Below are positions 1-12,200 of a DNA stretch of 64,000 nt, piece after piece. Made by a program: the position numbers and the translations under genes. This DNA is from the human T2T-CHM13v2.0 reference genome, Homo sapiens. The notes beneath the pieces are model-generated. The model saw only the letters and a list, made by a program, of their open reading frames with translations, was not told the DNA's origin and did no database searches. How positions within the stretch are numbered: position 1 is the stretch's first letter; every line of letters begins with the position of its first letter. Where the stretch lies: assembly GCF_009914755.1 (NCBI RefSeq), contig NC_060948.1. One strand, 5' to 3'.

Positions 1-1935
1 ATAGAACAGAATGGAATCAAATCGAATGAAATGGAATGGAATAGAAAGGAATGGAATGAAATGGAATGGAAAGGATTCGAATGGAATGCAATCGAATGGA
101 ATGGAATCGAACGGAATGGAATAAAATGGAAGAAAACTGGCAAGAAATGGAATCGAAATGAATGGAGTGTTATGGAACGGACTCAAAAGGAATTGAATGT
201 AATAGAATGGAGTGGAGTGGACTCGAATATAATGGACTGGAATGGAATGAAATCACATGGAATGGGAACGAATGGAATGGAATGGAAAGGAATGGAATCG
301 AATGGAAAGGAATCGAATGGAAGGGAATGAAATTGAATCAACAGGAATGGAAGGGAATAGAATAGACGGTAATGGAATGGACTCGAATAGAATGGACACG
401 AATGCTCAAATTGAATGGACTCGAATGGAATGGAAACGAAAGGAATGTCATCGAATGGAATTGAATCGATAGGAATGAAATCGCATAGAATGGAGTGGAA
501 TCAAATGGAATTGAATCGAAAGGAAAGGAAGCGAATGGACTGAAATGAAATGGAATGGAATTGAATGGAAAGTAATGCAATGGAATAGAATGGAACGAAA
601 TTTCACGGAATGGAATCAAACTGAATGGAATCAAACTGAATGGAATCAAATCAATGGAATCCAATCAAATAGAATGGAGTAGATTGGATTGGATGGGATT
701 GGAATGAAATGTACTGGAAAGGACTCGAATTTCATGAAACGGAATGGAATGAATTGGAACGGAATGGACTCGAATGGAATGGAATGTCATAGAATGGCAT
801 CAAATGGAATGGCATCAAATGGAATGGAATCGAATGCAATGGAATGCTATGGAATGGAATGGAATGCATTGGAATGGAATGTCCTCTAATGGAATGGATT
901 CGAGTGGAATGGAATCGAATATAATGGAGTCGAATGAAATGGAATTGAAAGGAATGGGATCGAATACAATGGAATATACTGGAATGTAACGTAATGAACT
1001 CGAATGTAATTGACTGGAATGGAATGTACATGAATGGAATGTAATCGAATGGAAAGTAATCCAATGGAATAGAATCTAATGCAATAAAATCGACTCAGAT
1101 AGAGTAGAATGTAATGGAATGGAGTGCAGTGCAATGGAATGGAATGGAATGGAATGCAATGGAATGGAATGGAATGGAATGGAATGGAATGGAATGGGAT
1201 GGAATGGTATGGAATGGATGGTAATGGACTGGAGTGAAATGGACTGGAAAGGAATGGACTCAAATTGAAAGGGCTGGAAAGGAATGGAGTCAAATGGAAT
1301 GGTCTGGAATGGAATGAACACGAAAGTAATGCAATCCAATAGAATGGAATCGAATGGCATGGAATATAATGAAATGGAATCGAAGAGAATGGAAACAAAT
1401 GGAATGGAATTGAATGGAATGGAATTGAATGGAATGGGAACGAATGGAGTGAAATTGTATGCAGTAGAAGGGAATAGAATGGAATGCAAGCGAAAGGAAA
1501 GGAATGGATTGGAATGGAATGGAATTCATTGGAATGGAAGGGAATGTAGTGTAATGGACAGGCCTGGAATAAAGTGGAATGCTACGGTCTCGAATGGAAT
1601 AAAAATGTATGGAATGGAATGCAATGAAACGGAATCGAATGTCATAGAATGTAATGGAATGCAACAAAATGGAATCCAAAATCATTGACTGGAAAGGCTG
1701 GGTGTCGAAAGGAATTCACTCCAATGGAATGGAATCGAATGGAATGGAAGTGAATAGAATCAAACTAAATCGAATGGAATGGAATTGATAGGAACGGAAT
1801 GGAAAGGAATGCAATGATTTGGCACGGAATGGAATCGAATGGCATCGAACGGAATGGAATGGAATGCAATTGAATGGAACGTATTAGAATGGAATGAACT
1901 TTAATGGAATGTACTCGAATGGATTCGACTGGAAT

Positions 1936-1950
1936 GGAATGTTCTGGAAG
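1936..1950. promoter_or_regulatory. Perfect heat-shock element motif nGAAnnTTCnnGAAn (site 1, recurs in each full DYZ1 unit)
   Basis: Seen: gGAAtgTTCtgGAAg. Motif match only; binding is not shown by the sequence. Confidence 0.5.
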
Positions 1951-2215
1951 TGAATGGACTCCAATGGAATGGATTCAAAAGGAATGGAATCGTACGGAAT
2001 GGAATCTAATGGAATGGAATTAAATGGAAATGAATCAAATTGAATAGCATGGAATTGAATTGAATGGAATCGAATGCAATGGAATCTAATGAAACGGAAA
2101 GGAAAGGAATGGAATGGAATGGAATGGGCTGGAATGGAAAGGAATCGAAACGAATGGAATGGAATCGAACTGACGAGACTGGAATGGAATGCACTGGAAT
2201 GGAAGGGAGTGTAAT

Positions 2216-2230
2216 GGAAGGTTCTCGAAA
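2216..2230. promoter_or_regulatory. Perfect heat-shock element motif (site 2, recurs per unit; mutated to ttg in the copy at ~44750)
   Basis: Seen: gGAAggTTCtcGAAa. Motif match only. Confidence 0.5.
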
Positions 2231-3241
2231 AAAATGGAATGGAATGGAATGGAATTGAATGGAACGGAATAGAGTCGAATGGAATTGAATGGAATGGAAT
2301 GGACTAGAGTGAAATGGAATCGAACCACAAGGAATGGACAGGAATAGAATGGTCTCGAATTGAATGGAATCGTATGGAATGGCATCAAACGGAATGGAAT
2401 GGACAGCCACGGAATGGAATGCACTCGAATGCAATGGAGTCGAAACTAATGGACTGGAATAGAATGGATTCGACTGGTACGGACTCCAATGGAATGGAAT
2501 CGAATGGAAGGGAATCGAACGGAATGGACTCGAAGGGAAAAGACTGCAATGGAAAGGTCTCGAATGGAATGGAAATTAATGGAATGGAATGGAATCGAAT
2601 GAAATGGAGTCAAAAGGAATGGAATCGAATGGCAAGAAATCGAATGTAATGGAATCGCCAGGAATTGATGTGAACGGAACGGAATGGAATGGAATCCAAA
2701 GGAATGGAATAGAATGGAATGGAATCGAATGGAAAGGACTCGAATGGAAATCACTCGAATAGAATGAAATTTAATAAAATAGGATCAAATGTAATGGAAT
2801 GGAATGGAAAGGAATCGAAACGAAAGGAATGGAGACAGATGGAATGGAATGGAACAGAGAGCAATGGTATAGAATGGAATGGAATCATCTGGAATGGAAT
2901 TGAATGGAATGGAATAATATGAAATGGAATGGAATGGAATGGAATGGAATGCCCTTGAGTTAAATGGACTGGAATGGAATGGACTCGAACAGAGTGGAAT
3001 GGAAAGTGTTGAGATAGAATGGAATGGACTCGTTTGGAATGGTCTAGTATGCAATGCAATCGACTGGCAGGGAATCAAAAGGAATGTAATCGAATGGATT
3101 GGACTGGAATGCAATGGACTCGAATAGATTGCAAACGGAATGCAAAGGAATGGAATGGAATAGTATGGAATGGAGTGGAAAGGAAAGGAGTGGAATAGAC
3201 TAGAGTGGAATGGAATGGACTGGAAAGCAATGGACTGGAAT

Positions 3242-3256
3242 GGAACTTTCTTGAAT
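3242..3256. promoter_or_regulatory. Perfect heat-shock element motif (site 3, recurs per unit)
   Basis: Seen: gGAActTTCttGAAt. Motif match only. Confidence 0.5.
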
Positions 3257-6200
3257 GGACTGGAATCAAACGGAATGGAATGCAATGCAATCAAATGGCA
3301 TGGAATAAAATAGAATGAAAGAGAATCAAATGGAATTGAATCGAATGGAATCGAATGGATTGGAAAGGAATAGAATGGAATGGAATGGAATTGACTCAAA
3401 TGGAATGGATTCGAATGGAAGGCAAAGGAATGGAATCTATTGGAATGGACTGTAATGGAATGGAATGGAAGGGATTGGAATGGACTCGAATGGAATGGAC
3501 TGCAATAGAAAGGATTCGAATGGAATGAAAAAGAATTGAATGGAATAGAACAGAATGGAATCAAATCGAATGAAATGGAATGGAATAGAAAGGAATGGAA
3601 TGAAATGGAATGGAAAGGATTCGAATGGAATGCAATCGAATGGAATGGAATCGAACGGAATGGAATAAAATGGAAGAAAACTGGCAAGAAATGGAATCGA
3701 AATGAATGGAGTGTTATGGAACGGACTCAAAAGGAATTGAATGTAATAGAATGGAGTGGAGTGGACTCGAATATAATGGACTGGAATGGAATGAAATCAC
3801 ATGGAATGGGAACGAATGGAATGGAATGGAAAGGAATGGAATCGAATGGAAAGGAATCGAATGGAAGGGAATGAAATTGAATCAACAGGAATGGAAGGGA
3901 ATAGAATAGACGGTAATGGAATGGACTCGAATAGAATGGACACGAATGCTCAAATTGAATGGACTCGAATGGAATGGAAACGAAAGGAATGTCATCGAAT
4001 GGAATTGAATCGATTGGAATGAAATCGCATAGAATGGAGTGGAATCAAATGGAATTGAATCGAAAGGAAAGGAAGCGAATGGACTGAAATGAAATGGAAT
4101 GGAATTGAATGGAAAGTAATGCAATGGAATAGAATGGAACGAAATTTCACGGAATGGAATCAAACTGAATGGAATCAAATCAATGGAATCCAATCAAATA
4201 GAATGGAGTAGATTGGATTGGATGGGATTGGAATGAAATGTACTGGAAAGGACTCGAATTTCATGAAACGGAATGGAATGAATTGGAACGGAATGGACTC
4301 GAATGGAATGGAATGTCATAGAATGGCATCAAATGGAATGGCATCAAATGGAATGGAATCGAATGCAATGGAATGCTATGGAATGGAATGGAATGCATTG
4401 GAATGGAATGTCCTCTAATGGAATGGATTCGAGTGGAATGGAATCGAATATAATGGAGTCGAATGAAATGGAATTGAAAGGAATGGGATCGAATACAATG
4501 GAATATACTGGAATGTAACGTAATGAACTCGAATGTAATTGACTGGAATGGAATGTACATGAATGGAATGTAATCGAATGGAAAGTAATCCAATGGAATA
4601 GAATCTAATGCAATAAAATCGACTCAGATAGAGTAGAATGTAATGGAATGGAGTGCAGTGCAATGGAATGGAATGGAATGGAATGCAATGGAATGGAATG
4701 GAATGGAATGGAATGGAATGGAATGGGATGGAATGGTATGGAATGGATGGTAATGGACTGGAGTGAAATGGACTGGAAAGGAATGGACTCAAATTGAAAG
4801 GGCTGGAAAGGAATGGAGTCAAATGGAATGGTCTGGAATGGAATGAACACGAAAGTAATGCAATCCAATAGAATGGAAACGAATGGCATGGAATATAATG
4901 AAATGGAATCGAAGAGAATGGAAACAAATGGAATGGAATTGAATGGAATGGAATTGAATGGAATGGGAACGAATGGAGTGAAATTGTATGCAGTAGAAGG
5001 GAATAGAATGGAATGCAAGCGAAAGGAAAGGAATGGATTGGAATGGAATGGAATTCATTGGAATGGAAGGGAATGTAGTGTAATGGACAGGCCTGGAATA
5101 AAGTGGAATGCTACGGTCTCGAATGGAATAAAAATGTATGGAATGGAATGCAATGAAACGGAATCGAATGTCATAGAATGTAATGGAATGCAACAAAATG
5201 GAATCCAAAATCATTGACTGGAAAGGCTGGGTGTCGAAAGGAATTCACTCCAATGGAATGGAATCGAATGGAATGGAAGTGAATAGAATCAAACTAAATC
5301 GAATGGAATGGAATTGATAGGAACGGAATGGAAAGGAATGCAATGATTTGGCACGGAATGGAATCGAATGGCATCGAACGGAATGGAATGGAATGCAATT
5401 GAATGGAACGTATTAGAATGGAATGAACTTTAATGGAATGTACTCGAATGGATTCGACTGGAATGGAATGTTCTGGAAGTGAATGGACTCCAATGGAATG
5501 GATTCAAAAGGAATGGAATCGTACGGAATGGAATCTAATGGAATGGAATTAAATGGAAATGAATCAAATTGAATAGCATGGAATTGAATTGAATGGAATC
5601 GAATGCAATGGAATCTAATGAAACGGAAAGGAAAGGAATGGAATGGAATGGAATGGGCTGGAATGGAAAGGAATCGAAACGAATGGAATGGAATCGAACT
5701 GACGAGACTGGAATGGAATGCACTGGAATGGAAGGGAGTGTAATGGAAGGTTCTCGAAAAAAATGGAATGGAATGGAATGGAATTGAATGGAACGGAATA
5801 GAGTCGAATGGAATTGAATGGAATGGAATGGACTAGAGTGAAATGGAATCGAACCACAAGGAATGGACAGGAATAGAATGGTCTCGAATTGAATGGAATC
5901 GTATGGAATGGCATCAAACGGAATGGAATGGACAGCCACGGAATGGAATGCACTCGAATGCAATGGAGTCGAAACTAATGGACTGGAATAGAATGGATTC
6001 GACTGGTACGGACTCCAATGGAATGGAATCGAATGGAAGGGAATCGAACGGAATGGACTCGAAGGGAAAAGACTGCAATGGAAAGGTCTCGAATGGAATG
6101 GAAATTAATGGAATGGAATGGAATCGAATGAAATGGAGTCAAAAGGAATGGAATCGAATGGCAAGAAATCGAATGTAATGGAATCGCCAGGAATTGATGT

Positions 6201-9200
6201 GAACGGAACGGAATGGAATGGAATCCAAAGGAATGGAATAGAATGGAATGGAATCGAATGGAAAGGACTCGAATGGAAATCACTCGAATAGAATGAAATT
6301 TAATAAAATAGGATCAAATGTAATGGAATGGAATGGAAAGGAATCGAAACGAAAGGAATGGAGACAGATGGAATGGAATGGAACAGAGAGCAATGGTATA
6401 GAATGGAATGGAATCATCTGGAATGGAATTGAATGGAATGGAATAATATGAAATGGAATGGAATGGAATGGAATGGAATGCCCTTGAGTTAAATGGACTG
6501 GAATGGAATGGACTCGAACAGAGTGGAATGGAAAGTGTTGAGATAGAATGGAATGGACTCGTTTGGAATGGTCTAGTATGCAATGCAATCGACTGGCAGG
6601 GAATCAAAAGGAATGTAATCGAATGGATTGGACTGGAATGCAATGGACTCGAATAGATTGCAAACGGAATGCAAAGGAATGGAATGGAATAGTATGGAAT
6701 GGAGTGGAAAGGAAAGGAGTGGAATAGACTAGAGTGGAATGGAATGGACTGGAAAGCAATGGACTGGAATGGAACTTTCTTGAATGGACTGGAATCAAAC
6801 GGAATGGAATGCAATGCAATCAAATGGCATGGAATAAAATAGAATGAAAGAGAATCAAATGGAATTGAATCGAATGGAATCGAATGGATTGGAAAGGAAT
6901 AGAATGGAATGGAATGGAATTGACTCAAATGGAATGGATTCGAATGGAAGGCAAAGGAATGGAATCTATTGGAATGGACTGTAATGGAATGGAATGGAAG
7001 GGATTGGAATGGACTCGAATGGAATGGACTGCAATAGAAAGGATTCGAATGGAATGAAAAAGAATTGAATGGAATAGAACAGAATGGAATCAAATCGAAT
7101 GAAATGGAATGGAATAGAAAGGAATGGAATGAAATGGAATGGAAAGGATTCGAATGGAATGCAATCGAATGGAATGGAATCGAACGGAATGGAATAAAAT
7201 GGAAGAAAACTGGCAAGAAATGGAATCGAAATGAATGGAGTGTTATGGAACGGACTCAAAAGGAATTGAATGTAATAGAATGGAGTGGAGTGGACTCGAA
7301 TATAATGGACTGGAATGGAATGAAATCACATGGAATGGGAACGAATGGAATGGAATGGAAAGGAATGGAATCGAATGGAAAGGAATCGAATGGAAGGGAA
7401 TGAAATTGAATCAACAGGAATGGAAGGGAATAGAATAGACGGTAATGGAATGGACTCGAATAGAATGGACACGAATGCTCAAATTGAATGGACTCGAATG
7501 GAATGGAAACGAAAGGAATGTCATCGAATGGAATTGAATCGATTGGAATGAAATCGCATAGAATGGAGTGGAATCAAATGGAATTGAATCGAAAGGAAAG
7601 GAAGCGAATGGACTGAAATGAAATGGAATGGAATTGAATGGAAAGTAATGCAATGGAATAGAATGGAACGAAATTTCACGGAATGGAATCAAACTGAATG
7701 GAATCAAATCAATGGAATCCAATCAAATAGAATGGAGTAGATTGGATTGGATGGGATTGGAATGAAATGTACTGGAAAGGACTCGAATTTCATGAAACGG
7801 AATGGAATGAATTGGAACGGAATGGACTCGAATGGAATGGAATGTCATAGAATGGCATCAAATGGAATGGCATCAAATGGAATGGAATCGAATGCAATGG
7901 AATGCTATGGAATGGAATGGAATGCATTGGAATGGAATGTCCTCTAATGGAATGGATTCGAGTGGAATGGAATCGAATATAATGGAGTCGAATGAAATGG
8001 AATTGAAAGGAATGGGATCGAATACAATGGAATATACTGGAATGTAACGTAATGAACTCGAATGTAATTGACTGGAATGGAATGTACATGAATGGAATGT
8101 AATCGAATGGAAAGTAATCCAATGGAATAGAATCTAATGCAATAAAATCGACTCAGATAGAGTAGAATGTAATGGAATGGAGTGCAGTGCAATGGAATGG
8201 AATGGAATGGAATGCAATGGAATGGAATGGAATGGAATGGAATGGAATGGAATGGGATGGAATGGTATGGAATGGATGGTAATGGACTGGAGTGAAATGG
8301 ACTGGAAAGGAATGGACTCAAATTGAAAGGGCTGGAAAGGAATGGAGTCAAATGGAATGGTCTGGAATGGAATGAACACGAAAGTAATGCAATCCAATAG
8401 AATGGAATCGAATGGCATGGAATATAATGAAATGGAATCGAAGAGAATGGAAACAAATGGAATGGAATTGAATGGAATGGAATTGAATGGAATGGGAACG
8501 AATGGAGTGAAATTGTATGCAGTAGAAGGGAATAGAATGGAATGCAAGCGAAAGGAAAGGAATGGATTGGAATGGAATGGAATTCATTGGAATGGAAGGG
8601 AATGTAGTGTAATGGACAGGCCTGGAATAAAGTGGAATGCTACGGTCTCGAATGGAATAAAAATGTATGGAATGGAATGCAATGAAACGGAATCGAATGT
8701 CATAGAATGTAATGGAATGCAACAAAATGGAATCCAAAATCATTGACTGGAAAGGCTGGGTGTCGAAAGGAATTCACTCCAATGGAATGGAATCGAATGG
8801 AATGGAAGTGAATAGAATCAAACTAAATCGAATGGAATGGAATTGATAGGAACGGAATGGAAAGGAATGCAATGATTTGGCACGGAATGGAATCGAATGG
8901 CATCGAACGGAATGGAATGGAATGCAATTGAATGGAACGTATTAGAATGGAATGAACTTTAATGGAATGTACTCGAATGGATTCGACTGGAATGGAATGT
9001 TCTGGAAGTGAATGGACTCCAATGGAATGGATTCAAAAGGAATGGAATCGTACGGAATGGAATCTAATGGAATGGAATTAAATGGAAATGAATCAAATTG
9101 AATAGCATGGAATTGAATTGAATGGAATCGAATGCAATGGAATCTAATGAAACGGAAAGGAAAGGAATGGAATGGAATGGAATGGGCTGGAATGGAAAGG

Positions 9201-12200
9201 AATCGAAACGAATGGAATGGAATCGAACTGACGAGACTGGAATGGAATGCACTGGAATGGAAGGGAGTGTAATGGAAGGTTCTCGAAAAAAATGGAATGG
9301 AATGGAATGGAATTGAATGGAACGGAATAGAGTCGAATGGAATTGAATGGAATGGAATGGACTAGAGTGAAATGGAATCGAACCACAAGGAATGGACAGG
9401 AATAGAATGGTCTCGAATTGAATGGAATCGTATGGAATGGCATCAAACGGAATGGAATGGACAGCCACGGAATGGAATGCACTCGAATGCAATGGAGTCG
9501 AAACTAATGGACTGGAATAGAATGGATTCGACTGGTACGGACTCCAATGGAATGGAATCGAATGGAAGGGAATCGAACGGAATGGACTCGAAGGGAAAAG
9601 ACTGCAATGGAAAGGTCTCGAATGGAATGGAAATTAATGGAATGGAATGGAATCGAATGAAATGGAGTCAAAAGGAATGGAATCGAATGGCAAGAAATCG
9701 AATGTAATGGAATCGCCAGGAATTGATGTGAACGGAACGGAATGGAATGGAATCCAAAGGAATGGAATAGAATGGAATGGAATCGAATGGAAAGGACTCG
9801 AATGGAAATCACTCGAATAGAATGAAATTTAATAAATTAGGATCAAATGTAATGGAATGGAATGGAAAGGAATCGAAACGAAAGGAATGGAGACAGATGG
9901 AATGGAATGGAACAGAGAGCAATGGTATAGAATGGAATGGAATCATCTGGAATGGAATTGAATGGAATGGAATAATATGAAATGGAATGGAATGGAATGG
10001 AATGGAATGCCCTTGAGTTAAATGGACTGGAATGGAATGGACTCGAACAGAGTGGAATGGAAAGTGTTGAGATAGAATGGAATGGACTCCTTTGGAATGG
10101 TGTAGTATGCAATGCAATCGACTGGCAGGGAATCAAAAGGAATGTAATCGAATGGATTGGACTGGAATGCAATGGACTCGAATAGATTGGAAACGGAATG
10201 CAAAGGAATGGAATGGAATAGTATGGAATGGAATGGAAAGGAATGGAGTGGAATAGACTAGAGTGGAATGGAATGGACTGGAAAGCAATGGACTGGAATG
10301 GAACTTTCTTGAATGGACTGGAATCAAACGGAATGGAATGCAATGCAATCAAATGGCATGGAATAAAATAGAATGATAGAGAATCAAATGGAATTGAATC
10401 GAATGGAATCGAATGGATTGGAAAGGAATAGAATGGAATGGAATGGAATTGACTCAAATGGAATGGACTAGAATGGAATGGATTCGAATGGAAGGCAAAG
10501 GAATGGAATCTATTGGAATGGACTGTAATGGAATGGAATGGAAGGGATTGGAATGGACTCGAATGGAATGGACTGCAATAGAAAGGATTCGAATGGAATG
10601 AAAAAGAATTGAATGGAATAGAACAGAATGGAATCAAATCGAATGAAATGGAATGGAATAGAAAGGAATGGAATGAAATGGAATGGAAAGGATTCGAATG
10701 GAATGCAATCGAATGGAATGGAATCGAACGGAATGGAATAAAATGGAAGAAAACTGGCAAGAAATGGAATCGAAATGAATGGAGTGTTATGGAACAGACT
10801 CAAAAGGAATTGAATGTAATAGAATGGAGTGGAGTGGACTCGAATATAATGGACTGGAATGGAATGAAATCACATGGAATGGGAACGAATGGAATGGAAT
10901 GGAAAGGAATGGAATCGAATGGAAAGGAATCGAATGGAAGGGAATGAAATTGAATCAACAGGAATGGAAGGGAATAGAATAGACGGTAATGGAATGGACT
11001 CGAATAGAATGGACACGAATGCTCAAATTGAATGGACTCGAAAGGAATGGAAACGAAAGGAATGTCATCGAATGGAATTGAATCGATTGGAATGAAATCG
11101 CATAGAATGGAGTGGAATCAAATGGAATTGAATCGAAAGGAAAGGAAGCGAATGGACTGAAATGAAATGGAATGGAATTGAATGGAAAGTAATGCAATGG
11201 AATAGAATGGAACGAAATTTCACGGAATGGAATCAAACTGAATGGAATCAAATCAATGGAATCTAATCAAATGGAATGGAAAGGAATTGAATGGAGTAGA
11301 TTGGATTGGATGGGATTGGAATGAAATGTACTGGAAAGGACTCGAATTTCATGAAACGGAATGGAATGAATTGGAACGGAATGGACTCGAATGGAATGGA
11401 ATGTCATGGAATGGCATCAAATGGAATGGCATCAAATGGAATGGAATCGAATGCAATGGAATGCTATGGAATGGAATGGAATGCATTGGAATGGAATGTC
11501 CTCAAATGGAATGGATTCGAGTGGAATGGAATCGAATATAATGGAGTCGAATGAAATGGAATTGAAAGGAATGGGATCGAATAGAATGGAATATACTGAA
11601 ATGTAATGTAATGAACTCGAATGTAATTGACTGGAATGGAATGTACATGAATGGAATGTGATCGAATGGAAAGTAATCCAATGGAATAGAATCTAATGCA
11701 ATAAAACCGACTCAGATAGAGTAGAATGTAATGGAATGGAGTGCAGTGCAATGGAATGGAATGGAATTGAATGCAATGGAATGGAATGGAATGGAATGGA
11801 ATGGAATGGAATGGGATGGAATGGTATGGAATGGATAGTAATGGACTGGAGTGAAATGGACTGGAAAGGAATGGACTCAAATTGAAAGGGCTCGAAAGGA
11901 ATGGAGTCAAATGGAATGGTCTGGAATGGAATGAAAACGAATGTAATGCAATCCAATAGAATGGAAACGAATGGCATGGAATATAAAGAAATGGAATCGA
12001 AGAGAATGGAAACAAATGGAATGGAATTGAATGGAATGGAATTGAATGGAATGGGAACGAATGGAGTGAAATTGTATGCAGTAGAAGGGAATAGAATGGA
12101 ATGCAAGCGAAAGGAAAGGAATGGATTGGAATGGAATGGAATTCATTGGAATGGAAGGGAATGTAGTGTAATGGACAGGCCTGGAATAAAGTGGAATGCT

